A stretch of 64,000 bases of DNA from Actinomycetota bacterium (GCA_009700115.1 WLMU01000001.1:4364-68363); one strand, 5' to 3'; counted from the first letter of the stretch, positions 26,730 through 36,772 are shown. Notes: generated from the sequence alone by a model not told the origin. Program-made: numbers and translations.

Positions 26730-28214
26730 ATGACGATCGACGCGGAACAACATCGACGCCTCGCAGAGCAACTGCTCACCGACGCGCACCTCGTCATCGG
26801 GGACTCGCGAACTTCGTCAGCCAGTGGTGGTAGTCACCGCCATGTGAATCCGACGACCGGACGCGAGCAGGCTGACGTCCCGCTCGCCGGTCCATCCGAA
26901 ATTGACGATGCGGTCGCATCGGCTCGCGAAGCGTTCCAGATCTGGCGGCGGTGGAGGCCCGATGAACGTCGCGATGCGCTTTTGCGGCTCGCCGCTCTTG
27001 TGTTGCGCGACGGCCCAACGATTGGCAGCGTGCTCACGCTCGAGGCGGGCGTGCCTTCTGCGGTGGCCGGAGGTCTGCCGCGTCGTGCCGCTGATTATCT
27101 TTCGTACTATGCCGGCTACGCCGACAAACTTGAAGGTTCGGTCATTCCGATCTTTCCTGAGAACGCGTTCGACTACACGACACTCGAACCACTGGGAGTG
27201 ATCGGGATCATCTCGACGTGGAACGGGGGAATCTCGTCGATTGCCCGCAAAGCCGGCGCGGCTCTCGCTGTCGGCAACACCGTTGTCGTGAAACCGATGG
27301 AACTAGCGCCCTTCTCCGTGATCCGGTTCGCGGAACTGGCGATCGAAGCGGGACTGCCGCCCGGTGTCGTGAACGTGGTGCCAGGTGCAGCCGACGCCGG
27401 TGAAGCGCTCTGCGGTCATCCGGGGGTGAACAAGATCTCATTCACGGGAGGGTTGGAGACGGCACGAGCGATACTCGCTGTTGCTGCTCGGAATATCACG
27501 CCGGTCGTGCTCGAGTTGGGTGGTAAGTCCGGGAACATCATCTTCCCTGATGCTGATCTCGCTGCTGCCGGTCAGTTCTCCGGTTCGGTCTGCATGAGCA
27601 TGGCCGGTCAGGGTTGTGTGTATCCCACGCGTCTTATCGTTCACGAGGATGTCCACGACGAAATTCTGGAGCGTGTTGTCGCTGTTGCAGCGGCGCTTCC
27701 TTTCGGTGATCCGCTTGCATCGACAACTGTGGTGGGGCCGGTTATCAGCGAAGGTCATCGCGACCGGATCATGGGAATGATCGATCGGGCGAGGTCGGAT
27801 GCATCCGGACAAATCGTTCTCGGTGGAGAACGTGGAAGTGGTGAACTCGCCGATGGATTCTTCATCCGCCCAACCATTATCGACGGAGTCGCCAGCGATG
27901 CCTACATCGCGCAGGAAGAGGTGTTTGGTCCGGTGCTCTCGGTGATGACGTTCAGTGACGAAGAAGAAGCAATCGCACTTGCCAACGACACGCCCTATGG
28001 ACTCGCTGGTTATGTTCACACCAATGATCTCCGCCGCGCTCATCGTGTCGCCGGAGCCCTCGATGCCGGTTACGTTTCCCTCAACAGTTTTGCTGCATTG
28101 CCGGCGTCTGCTCCGTTCGGCGGGTTCGGACTCAGCGGTGTCGGAAAAGAAGGGGGCCGACAAGGGCTCCTTGAATTCGTGCGCACGAAGAACATCTACT
28201 TGGGAATGGGATGA
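26730..28214 (+). CDS. Aldehyde dehydrogenase
   Basis: STWN, FTGG, LELGGKS, GQGC, EEVFGPV. Confidence 0.93.
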   Translation: MTIDAEQHRRLAEQLLTDAHLVIGDSRTSSASGGSHRHVNPTTGREQADVPLAGPSEIDDAVASAREAFQIWRRWRPDERRDALLRLAALVLRDGPTIGSVLTLEAGVPSAVAGGLPRRAADYLSYYAGYADKLEGSVIPIFPENAFDYTTLEPLGVIGIISTWNGGISSIARKAGAALAVGNTVVVKPMELAPFSVIRFAELAIEAGLPPGVVNVVPGAADAGEALCGHPGVNKISFTGGLETARAILAVAARNITPVVLELGGKSGNIIFPDADLAAAGQFSGSVCMSMAGQGCVYPTRLIVHEDVHDEILERVVAVAAALPFGDPLASTTVVGPVISEGHRDRIMGMIDRARSDASGQIVLGGERGSGELADGFFIRPTIIDGVASDAYIAQEEVFGPVLSVMTFSDEEEAIALANDTPYGLAGYVHTNDLRRAHRVAGALDAGYVSLNSFAALPASAPFGGFGLSGVGKEGGRQGLLEFVRTKNIYLGMG

Positions 28215-28217
28215 CAC

Positions 28218-29027
28218 ATGGCAGTCGATGATCGATACGGATTTACTTGCATCAGCACCGAGATGGAGGACGAGGGAATTCTCTGGGTCACTCTCGATCG
28301 GCCGGAGCGCCGCAACGCGATCTCGCCCGAGATGCATGACGAGTTGACGCCGCTTTTTCGAAAGATTGCCGAAGACCGCGAGGTTCGGGTTGCGGTCCTG
28401 ACCGGAGCGGGCGAAAAGGCGTTCTGTGTCGGAGCCGACTTCGGAGGGATGCAGGACAACCTCGACGGCGGTTACGAGGACGGGATGCCCGAACTCATGA
28501 TCGGTTCCGCCGCACTTGTTCGCGCCCAGCTGGCGATTCCCCAGCCGATGATTGCCGCGATCAACGGAGATGCAATTGGACTCGGTGCGACAATGGCGCT
28601 GTTCTGCGACATCACACTGATGGCAGAGGAGGCCCGGCTGGCCGATCCCCATGTCAACGCCGGTCTTGTTGCCGGTGACGGTGGCGCGATTTTGTGGCCG
28701 TTGCTCATGGGTCTCAACCGAGGCAAGGAATTTTTACTCACAGGCGAGATGATGGGCTCCGAAGAGGCAGGTCGTATTGGCCTCGTGAATCACGTCCATC
28801 CGCGCGCCGAACTTAAGGATGCAGCGCGCGCCATGGCTCTACGTCTTGCTCGGGGTCCACAGGTTGCCATCCAGTTCAATAAGCGACTGGCCAACGCTGA
28901 TCTGATGGACAAGGTGAATCGCGTGATCGATGCGTCCCTTGCAATGGAGGCGATCACCTTCTCTACCGCCGACCATCGGGAGGCGGTCCGCTCGTTCATC
29001 GAGAAGCGCGCCCCAAAGTTTTCCTGA
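28218..29027 (+). CDS. Enoyl-CoA hydratase/isomerase family protein
   Basis: LDRPERRNA, FCVGAD, GDAIGLG, DPHVNAGLVAGDGG. Confidence 0.9.
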   Translation: MAVDDRYGFTCISTEMEDEGILWVTLDRPERRNAISPEMHDELTPLFRKIAEDREVRVAVLTGAGEKAFCVGADFGGMQDNLDGGYEDGMPELMIGSAALVRAQLAIPQPMIAAINGDAIGLGATMALFCDITLMAEEARLADPHVNAGLVAGDGGAILWPLLMGLNRGKEFLLTGEMMGSEEAGRIGLVNHVHPRAELKDAARAMALRLARGPQVAIQFNKRLANADLMDKVNRVIDASLAMEAITFSTADHREAVRSFIEKRAPKFS

Positions 29028-29030
29028 AGG

Positions 29031-29756
29031 ATGTTCGAGATGTCGGATGGACTGGTTTTCGATGAGGACATCAGCATTGGCCTCGCGATCCTTACGATCG
29101 ACAGACCGGCGTCGAAGAATGCCTTCACCACTGCGATGTGGACCGCAGGTGCTGAATTCCTGCACCGCGTTGCTGCAGATGACCGATTGCGAGTAGTGCT
29201 CGTGAACGCGACATCGGACGTGTTTTGCGCTGGAGCCGACGTTAAGGACTTTCAGTCTTCGAAGGATGCGGGTCGACCGTTCCACAACTTTCTGGATGAA
29301 CTGACGGACTTTCCCAAGCCGATCGTCGGCGCGGTCAATGGTGCTGCCGTCGGGTCTGGTTTCACGATGCTCGCCTACATCGATGTGTTGTTGGCGAGCA
29401 CGAATGCGCGGTTTCGAGCTCCGTTTGTTCAGATGGGTCTTGTCCCGGAAGCCGGAAGCAGCCGGATGTTGCCTGAGCTTCTTGGATGGCAGGCAGCGGC
29501 CGACCTGATGTTCACCTCGGGATGGCTCTCTGCTGACGAGGCCTTCCGGCTCGGATTCGTGCGCGAACTTCTCGAACCCGCGGAATTGCAAAGTGTGGCG
29601 CGGGCGCGAGCTGAACACATCGCGTCGATGCCCCTGGAGTCACTGATGGCGACCAAACGTCTGCTGCTCGATGGTCGGACGGGAATCGGGGCGGTTCGCC
29701 AGCGCGAGTCGGCGCTCTTTCGTGAGCGTCTCGCATCAAGAGAGGAACTTCAATGA
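29031..29756 (+). CDS. Enoyl-CoA hydratase/isomerase family protein
   Basis: IDRPASKNA, FCAGAD, NGAAVGSG, GLVPEAGSS. Confidence 0.9.
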   Translation: MFEMSDGLVFDEDISIGLAILTIDRPASKNAFTTAMWTAGAEFLHRVAADDRLRVVLVNATSDVFCAGADVKDFQSSKDAGRPFHNFLDELTDFPKPIVGAVNGAAVGSGFTMLAYIDVLLASTNARFRAPFVQMGLVPEAGSSRMLPELLGWQAAADLMFTSGWLSADEAFRLGFVRELLEPAELQSVARARAEHIASMPLESLMATKRLLLDGRTGIGAVRQRESALFRERLASREELQ

Positions 29757-30631
29757 TCGGAATGTGCGAAGGTCGGGTCTGTGTCGTCACCGGCGCCGGG
29801 AGAGGGATCGGGCGCGAACATGCTTTGGCACTCGGTTCGCGAGGTGCTCAGGTCGTGGTTAACGATGTCGGCGCCGGAGTTGATGGCATAGGCGACGATT
29901 CGACTCCAGCTGACGAGGTGGTCGAAGCCATCATCGCTGGCGGGGGACAGGCGATTGCCAATCACGACGACATCGCTACATGGGATGGGGCCGAGAGTCT
30001 CATTCGCAGCGCGGTTGAGACCTTCGGACGGTTAGATGTCGTTGTCAACAACGCAGGGATCCTGCGCGATCGCAAGATCGTGAGCATGACCGAGAATGAC
30101 TGGGATTCGGTTATCGCTGTGCATCTCAAGGGAACGTTCTGTGTGACTCGTCATGCCGCTGTGTACTGGAAGGGTGAGGTTGATGAGGGCCGTGTCAATG
30201 ACGCCCGAGTGATTAACACGACGTCATCATCTGGTCTGTTCGGCAACCCCGGTCAAGCAAACTATGGAGCGGCAAAGGCAGGAATTGCTTCGTTTACGGT
30301 CATCGCTGCGATGGAGCTCGCCAGATATGGCGTGACAGTGAATGCGATCTCGCCGGGAGCTCTCACTCGTATGACTGATGGACTCCAACTCGACGACGAG
30401 ATGAAGAGGCGATGGGACCCGGCACTGGTTTCCCCGGCGGTGTGTTGGCTGGCGTCGGTTTCCTCCGGCGATGTCACCGGACAGGTGATCGAGTCTTCCG
30501 GCATCGCTCTGGGCGTTTTCGAGGGATGGCACCGGGGGCCCCGAGGCGAAGCCGTTTCGACTGCCGAAGAAGTCGATGCAGTACTTCGCCCCCTCCTCGC
30601 CGAGGCTCGTCCTCCGCAATCAATTCGCTGA
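29753..30631 (+). CDS. SDR (MFE-2-like hydroxyacyl-CoA dehydrogenase type)
   Basis: TGAGRGIG, VVVND, NNAGILRD, NYGAAK. Confidence 0.9.
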   Translation: MIGMCEGRVCVVTGAGRGIGREHALALGSRGAQVVVNDVGAGVDGIGDDSTPADEVVEAIIAGGGQAIANHDDIATWDGAESLIRSAVETFGRLDVVVNNAGILRDRKIVSMTENDWDSVIAVHLKGTFCVTRHAAVYWKGEVDEGRVNDARVINTTSSSGLFGNPGQANYGAAKAGIASFTVIAAMELARYGVTVNAISPGALTRMTDGLQLDDEMKRRWDPALVSPAVCWLASVSSGDVTGQVIESSGIALGVFEGWHRGPRGEAVSTAEEVDAVLRPLLAEARPPQSIR

Positions 30632-30696
30632 GTCGGTCCCTGGGCTATTAGGTGCCGCCCGAGGAACTCGCCCATCTCGCAAACCCTGATCCTTCT

Positions 30697-30712
30697 TATC
30701 ATTGCCATGATG
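30697..30712. promoter_or_regulatory. Putative palindromic operator TATCAT-TGCC-ATGATG
   Basis: One mismatch to TATCAT-N4-ATGATA, upstream of the ABC importer. Confidence 0.55.
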
Positions 30713-30801
30713 ACCCTATTGGGTTACGCTGAGACGGGAGTCACAGGGGATCTCCTCGGGTTGTCATTTCAGACTCCGTCCAAACTAGGAAGAGGTTGAG
30801 T

Positions 30802-32367
30802 ATGCGTAATCGTCGTTTGTGGCTGGGGCTGCTTGCAGTTCTGGCTCTCGTTGCCACGTCGTGTGGCAGTTCATCGAGCAGTTCGAACAAGACTCCGACC
30901 ACCAAGGTGGCGAAAGTCGGGGGTTCTGTCGTGGCGGTGGGCCCGGATGCCCAAAGCCTTGATCCATTAAAGGTCATCAACAGCGCAACCCAGGGCGCCG
31001 ATGTCCTCAACGCCGTTTACGACGTCCTCTACACGCTCACGCCGAACACAAGCGCGTTCAATCCGCGTATCGCTGTTTCGTTCACGTCGACCGACGGTCT
31101 GACATGGACGCTCACGCTTAAAGACGGAGTGAAGTTCTCAGACGGCACGCCACTCGATGCCGATGCCGTGAAGTTCAACTGGGATCGGAATAAGACCAAT
31201 ACCAAATCGACCTCGTTCGGTCAGTTGATGAACGTCGAATCGTTCACGGTCACGAGTCCGACGGTGTTGACCGTGAAACTCAAGACGGTGAACCGTCAGT
31301 TCGTGCAGGTCATCCCGGTGGTGAACCTTGGTTGGATCGCTTCACCGACAGCAATCAAGGCCCAAGGCGACACCTACGGTGCCGACGCAAAGGCAGTTGG
31401 CGCAGGTCCGTTCACGGTCAAGTCCCGCACCCCTGCGACCGAGACCGTGTTGGTCCGCAACGCCACCTACTGGCAGACAGGACTTCCGAAGCTTGACCAG
31501 ATCACAATGAAGGCTGTTGTCGACGCTCAGGCGGCGACTGATTCGGTCATCTCGGGTCAAGCTCAGCTCTACACCTTCGGACTCGGTGAGTCGCTGAAGC
31601 AGGCGACGGATGCAGGACTGCAGTCGCAGGTCTGGAACGAGCTTCAGGGCGCGACATCGATGTTGTTCAACCAGAACAAGCCTCCGTTCGACAACGTGAA
31701 AGCTCGTCAAGCCGTGACACTCGCGCTGGACATTCCCCAGATGATCGACGTTGTCACCATGAACGGTGAGACCGCTGCGACATCGATGTTCCAACAGAAC
31801 TCTCCGTTCTACGACGCTAAGTACAATTTTCCAAAGTCCGATCCTGTTCAGGCTCAGAAATTGTTCGATGAACTGGCAGCTGCGAATGGCGGACAGCCAC
31901 TTTCGTTTGTCATGGCGGTTTCCACGAACACGGCGAACAAGGCTCGTGTGACTCAGTTGCAGACCCAGCTCAGCAAGTACAAGAACGTCAAGGCAGAACT
32001 CAAGGTCATTGACGGTCCGCAGTACGGAACTGCACTTTTCGCTGGTGATTTCAACATGGCGCTCTATGCCATTGCGTCACCCGATCCGGAACCGCAGTTC
32101 GCTCAGCTGTCATCGACGTACTACGTCAAGATCGCCGACATGAAGAGTGCTGCCGGCGACGCAGCGCTACTCGCTGGCGTGCAGGCGACAGATACTGCCG
32201 CCCGCAAGGTTGCCTACGGCAACCTCCAGCAGGCACTTCTCGACTCGTGGGCCGAAATCTGGATGTACCGGAACATCACCCGGGCGATTTTCAGCAAGAA
32301 CACGACAGGACTTGTCACCTATGGCCAGGGATCGCACCTGTTCGATTCCTACGGTTTGACCGAGTAG
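30802..32367 (+). CDS. ABC transporter substrate-binding lipoprotein, family 5
   Basis: Signal peptide with lipobox-like ATSC, SLDP, LKDGVKFSDGTPLDADAVKFNW, GAGPF. Confidence 0.92.
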   Translation: MRNRRLWLGLLAVLALVATSCGSSSSSSNKTPTTKVAKVGGSVVAVGPDAQSLDPLKVINSATQGADVLNAVYDVLYTLTPNTSAFNPRIAVSFTSTDGLTWTLTLKDGVKFSDGTPLDADAVKFNWDRNKTNTKSTSFGQLMNVESFTVTSPTVLTVKLKTVNRQFVQVIPVVNLGWIASPTAIKAQGDTYGADAKAVGAGPFTVKSRTPATETVLVRNATYWQTGLPKLDQITMKAVVDAQAATDSVISGQAQLYTFGLGESLKQATDAGLQSQVWNELQGATSMLFNQNKPPFDNVKARQAVTLALDIPQMIDVVTMNGETAATSMFQQNSPFYDAKYNFPKSDPVQAQKLFDELAAANGGQPLSFVMAVSTNTANKARVTQLQTQLSKYKNVKAELKVIDGPQYGTALFAGDFNMALYAIASPDPEPQFAQLSSTYYVKIADMKSAAGDAALLAGVQATDTAARKVAYGNLQQALLDSWAEIWMYRNITRAIFSKNTTGLVTYGQGSHLFDSYGLTE

Positions 32368-32395
32368 GAACTCGGATTCGGCACTGAAAGAGTGG

Positions 32396-32502
32396 GCCGT
32401 GTCCGGCAACAGCAAGAACTGGTGAATGCAGCCCTGCTGCATAAAGGAAGGCCCGAACGTGGGCCTTCCTGCACCGGTTGGAGGCTGTTTGCCGGACACG
32501 GC
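32396..32502. ncRNA. Candidate structured cis-element (three-way junction) between the SBP and permease genes
   Basis: 18-bp closing stem, 8-bp second stem and two internal hairpins (details under findings). Confidence 0.5.
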
Positions 32503-32576
32503 TAGTTGTGCAGTGAGGGCGTCTCCACTCTGGGCTCTGCCGACAAACCAGCGACAAATGATCAACATTCGGAGGT

Positions 32577-33635
32577 TTGGTGACGACGGAACTGCGAGAT
32601 GAAACTGGTCCTAGTGGGCCAGTCGAAAACACTGACGCAACGGCAACCGGAGGTTCAGGAATCCTCGAACAACTCTCCGGTTTCTCGAGGTTCATTGTTT
32701 TCAAGATCGGACGGGCACTGCTCGTCGTTGTAGCCGCCACCATGCTCACGCAATGGTTATTGGGCCTGGCTCCGGGAGGCGTCGCACAGACCATTCTCGG
32801 CGAATCAGGTACACCCGAGAACGTTGCTGCTCTAAACGCCGAACTAGGCCTCGATCGGCCCTTCTTCTCGCAATACTTCAGTTGGTTCGGCAACGTCCTG
32901 CATGGTGATTTCGGCAAGTCACCAATTACGAGTCTTCCTGTTTTCGATCAGATCATGAAGGCGATTCCGGTCACCGTCGAACTCGTGATTCTGTCGGTGT
33001 CGATGGCGCTGATACTGGCGATCACCGCTGCAATGTTTGCCGCCCGCCGTCCAGCCGGTTTCGTTGACCGAATCCTTGGATCAGTTACCTCGGCCTCGCT
33101 GTCGTTACCAACGTTCGTACTCGGGCCGATTCTGCTGTACTTCCTCGCGGTCAAGGCGAACCTGTTCCCAATCACCGGTTGGGTTCCACTGAGTTCCGGC
33201 ATCGGCGAGAACCTCCGCTCAGCAGTTCTTCCGGCGATGTGTGTTGCCATACCGGAATTCGCGGTGTTCCAACGACTGTTCAGAGCGGACCTCGTGTCGA
33301 CTCTGCAGGAGGACTACATCGATGCAGCCCGCGCCCGGGGGATCTCCGAGAATCGCCTTCTCCGGGTGCACGCTTTTCGTCCTGCTTCCGTTTCACTTGT
33401 CACCGTGACCGGCATCAGCGTTGGACGTCTGCTGGGCGGCACGGTGGTGGTTGAATCGCTGTTCGTCCTGCCTGGAATAGGACAGTTGCTGCAGCAATCG
33501 ATCGTTAAGCGCGACTTGATCATGGTGCAGGGGATCGTCGTCTTCATCGCGCTTGCCTATGTACTTATCAATCTGGGTGTCGATCTGCTTTACGGCGTGA
33601 TCGATCCAAGGATCCGGGTTCGAGGTGGACGATGA
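32577..33635 (+). CDS. ABC permease (DppB/OppB-like)
   Basis: LGLDRP, GDFGKS, DYIDAARARG, VESLF..PGIG. Confidence 0.92.
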   Translation: MVTTELRDETGPSGPVENTDATATGGSGILEQLSGFSRFIVFKIGRALLVVVAATMLTQWLLGLAPGGVAQTILGESGTPENVAALNAELGLDRPFFSQYFSWFGNVLHGDFGKSPITSLPVFDQIMKAIPVTVELVILSVSMALILAITAAMFAARRPAGFVDRILGSVTSASLSLPTFVLGPILLYFLAVKANLFPITGWVPLSSGIGENLRSAVLPAMCVAIPEFAVFQRLFRADLVSTLQEDYIDAARARGISENRLLRVHAFRPASVSLVTVTGISVGRLLGGTVVVESLFVLPGIGQLLQQSIVKRDLIMVQGIVVFIALAYVLINLGVDLLYGVIDPRIRVRGGR

Positions 33636-34567
33636 CCGACGACCAAACCGGAGTCGATGCCGAACTGGCTCGCGACTCTCACATCAATCCCGACTCCCTC
33701 TTCGCTGCAGAGACTGCGGCGGAGTTGTCACCTGTTCCGGCCAAGCGGCGACGTCGAAATCTGTTCTTCTGGGCTGCCGTCGTCTGGGTGGCAGTCATTT
33801 TTCTGGCGGCGCTCTTCGCCGATTTGCTGCCATTGCCCCCCTACGCCGAAGCCATCGGTCCGCCCCGAGTAGGTCCATTCCAGCAGTTCGGCCACGGGAT
33901 GATTCTGGGCACCGACCCATTTGGACGCAGCAACCTTTCTCGCGTGGTCTATGGAGCACGAGTATCGATGATCATCGGAGTGGTCGCCGCAGCTGTCGGA
34001 CTGCTGGTCGGTGGCGCTGTCGGTCTGTTGTCTGGATACCTAAAAGGATGGACCGATCGCACCTCATCGTTCGTTGTTGACACGTTGCTGGCGTTCCCTC
34101 CGCTTGTAATGCTCCTGACGATCACGGCGGTATTGCAGCCCAAGGTGTCGACAATCCTGATTGGTCTGTCGATTCTCGTGATTCCGACCTTTGTGCGTCT
34201 CGAGCGGGCGGCTGCGATGTCGTGGTCGGAGCGGCCGTTTGTGCTGGCCGCGCGGTCCTATGGGACCAAGGATTTCCGAATAGCCGTCAGGCACATTCTT
34301 CCGAATTCAGTTTTGACGCTCATCACGTATGTGCCGACAGTCATCTCCGCAATGATCGTGGCTGAAGGGTCGTTGAGTTTCCTCGGGCTTGGCCTCCCGT
34401 CGCCGACTCCGAGTTGGGGAGGCATGATCGCCGAAGGCAAGTCATCGCTGCGCCTTGCTCCAAGTGTCGTGTTTGTTCCTGCCGCCGTGGTCTTTCTCAC
34501 CGTGCTCTCCTTCAATCTCATCGGCGAATACGTACGTGCACGTTTCGATAAGCGAACAAAAAGATGA
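33632..34567 (+). CDS. ABC permease (DppC/OppC-like)
   Basis: LGTDPFGR, YGARVS, RHILPN, LSFLGLG, PSWG. Confidence 0.92.
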   Translation: MTDDQTGVDAELARDSHINPDSLFAAETAAELSPVPAKRRRRNLFFWAAVVWVAVIFLAALFADLLPLPPYAEAIGPPRVGPFQQFGHGMILGTDPFGRSNLSRVVYGARVSMIIGVVAAAVGLLVGGAVGLLSGYLKGWTDRTSSFVVDTLLAFPPLVMLLTITAVLQPKVSTILIGLSILVIPTFVRLERAAAMSWSERPFVLAARSYGTKDFRIAVRHILPNSVLTLITYVPTVISAMIVAEGSLSFLGLGLPSPTPSWGGMIAEGKSSLRLAPSVVFVPAAVVFLTVLSFNLIGEYVRARFDKRTKR

Positions 34568-34621
34568 TGGCCGACGCGACTCGACGAACCGTGAGTTTCG
34601 AACCCGGAAGGAATCGATTCG

Positions 34622-35704
34622 ATGGCAGCAGATAGCGACACGAAACCTCCGACTGGGGCATGTCTGCTCGAAGTCGAGGACTTGAGGACAGGAATCGTTA
34701 CCGACCGCGGGGTCGTACGCGCGGTAGATGGCGTGAGCTTCACCCTTGAGCGAGGCCGAACCGTAGGCATCGTGGGGGAGTCCGGCGCAGGGAAGACCAT
34801 GCTTGCTCGGTCGATCATGGGATTGTTGCCGACGACCGATGTCATCCGCGAAGGAAGCGTTCGACTTGATGGCGACGAAATCATCGGTCGTTCTCACAAA
34901 GAGATGCGTTCCCTTTGGGGGACGGAAATGTCGATGGTTCCGCAGGATCCGATGACATCACTGAATCCGGTTCGACGAATCGGAGCGCAAATCATGGAAC
35001 CCTTGCGTCTTCGTCTGGGCCTCGATCGTCGCGAGGCGAAAGCGACTGCCCTCGCGCTCCTCGACTCTGTGCGCATACCCGACCCCGAAAAGCGTCTGCG
35101 GGAGTACCCGCACCAGTTGTCGGGGGGAATGCGTCAGCGTGTCGTAATCGCCGCGGCACTTGCGAGCGGCCCCCGTTTACTTTTTGCTGACGAACCAACC
35201 ACCGCGCTCGACGTGACTGTCCAAGCTCAGATCCTGAATCTTCTCAAGCGCATACGCGAGGAACGCGATATGGCGATCATGCTGGTCACTCACGATCTAG
35301 GAGTCGTGGCCAACCATGCCGACGAGATCATCGTGATGTACGCAGGGCGTGTCGTCGAACGGGCTCCGACAAAGGTGCTCTTCACCGAGATGCGAATGCC
35401 CTACACGGCGGCACTGCTCGCATCGATTCCCAGACTCGATACTCCCGTGCATACGAAACTCGAAGTTATCCAGGGTCGACCGGCCGACCTTGCCACCTTG
35501 GCGACCGGATGCAGATTCGCTCCGCGTTGCCAGTTCGCCGATCAGCAATGCCTCGATTCCGAACCTCCGCTCTCGCCCGGCACCTCCGAGGGCCACGAGT
35601 TCCGTTGTTGGCATCCACTCGATCCACCGAAACTGTCCCGCACGACGGGGGCGGTCGCTGTAGCTGTGACCTCCACCAATCATGACGATAGGCAGGGAGC
35701 CTGA
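34622..35704 (+). CDS. ABC ATP-binding protein (DppD-like)
   Basis: GESGAGKT, LSGGMRQR, ADEPTTALD, C-terminal Cys cluster. Confidence 0.94.
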   Translation: MAADSDTKPPTGACLLEVEDLRTGIVTDRGVVRAVDGVSFTLERGRTVGIVGESGAGKTMLARSIMGLLPTTDVIREGSVRLDGDEIIGRSHKEMRSLWGTEMSMVPQDPMTSLNPVRRIGAQIMEPLRLRLGLDRREAKATALALLDSVRIPDPEKRLREYPHQLSGGMRQRVVIAAALASGPRLLFADEPTTALDVTVQAQILNLLKRIREERDMAIMLVTHDLGVVANHADEIIVMYAGRVVERAPTKVLFTEMRMPYTAALLASIPRLDTPVHTKLEVIQGRPADLATLATGCRFAPRCQFADQQCLDSEPPLSPGTSEGHEFRCWHPLDPPKLSRTTGAVAVAVTSTNHDDRQGA

Positions 35705-35705
35705 T

Positions 35706-36701
35706 ATGAGCAGTTCCGGAGCAAGCCACTTGCGCAATGACGCTCTTGTGAGTGTCCGCGATGTTGTCGTGGAGTTTCCTGTTGGACGCTCGGGAGCGAA
35801 GGTTCACGCCGTGAGCGGGGTCAGTCTCGACATTCGTAAGGGAGAGACGTTGGGTCTCGTCGGCGAATCTGGTTGCGGAAAGTCGACACTTGGACGGGCG
35901 ATTTTGCAGTTACCGCGTCCCACGAATGGTTCCGTGACCTTCGACGGAACGGAACTCACCTCTCTTTCCGATCGCGACCTGAGGTTGCAACGTCGTCGGA
36001 TACAGATGATCTTTCAGGACCCGATTTCCTCTCTCAACCCCCGTCAGCGGGTGGGACAGATTGTGTCCGACCCGTTGGATGTCTGGAAAGAGGGGACGCC
36101 GGAAGAGAGGCGTGCCCGTGTGGTCGAGGTTCTCGAGGCTGTCGGTCTCGATCCGGAGACAGCGATGGAGCGCAGACCCCACGAGTTCTCAGGTGGTCAG
36201 TGTCAGCGTATTTCCATCGCCCGTTGTCTGATTCTTGGCCCCGAAGTAATCATCTGTGACGAACCGGTATCGGCATTGGACGTGTCGGTGCAAGCGCAAA
36301 TACTCAATCTTCTCGAAGAGATGAAGGAGCGTTTCAATCTAACGATGCTCTTCATCGCCCATGATCTCGCAGTCGTGCGGAACATCAGCGACCGAATAGC
36401 GGTGATGTACCTGGGAAAGATCTGCGAGGTGGCTCCGTCATCAGTTCTGCATGAATCTCCATTGCATCCCTATACGGATGGGCTTCTGCGAGCGATTCCC
36501 GTTCCCGATCCGATGCACGTGGCCGATGATGATGCCGAAATGACCGGCGAGTTACCGTCCCCGCTGTCGCCTCCGAGTGGTTGCCGATTCCGAACAAGGT
36601 GTCCACGGGCTCAGGAACGCTGTGCAACCGAGGAACCATTGATGCGCGAGTTGGCGCCTGACCATCATGTCGCCTGCCACTTTCCTCTCGAAACGGAATG
36701 A
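35706..36701 (+). CDS. ABC ATP-binding protein (DppF-like)
   Basis: GESGCGKS, FSGGQCQR, DEPVSALD, HPYT, GCRFRTRCP. Confidence 0.94.
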   Translation: MSSSGASHLRNDALVSVRDVVVEFPVGRSGAKVHAVSGVSLDIRKGETLGLVGESGCGKSTLGRAILQLPRPTNGSVTFDGTELTSLSDRDLRLQRRRIQMIFQDPISSLNPRQRVGQIVSDPLDVWKEGTPEERRARVVEVLEAVGLDPETAMERRPHEFSGGQCQRISIARCLILGPEVIICDEPVSALDVSVQAQILNLLEEMKERFNLTMLFIAHDLAVVRNISDRIAVMYLGKICEVAPSSVLHESPLHPYTDGLLRAIPVPDPMHVADDDAEMTGELPSPLSPPSGCRFRTRCPRAQERCATEEPLMRELAPDHHVACHFPLETE

Positions 36702-36772
36702 GTGTTCATAGCAACGCAGCAGGAAGACTGTTGGCAATAACGAGTCTCGAGCGATGAGTACAGGAGTTGTTG

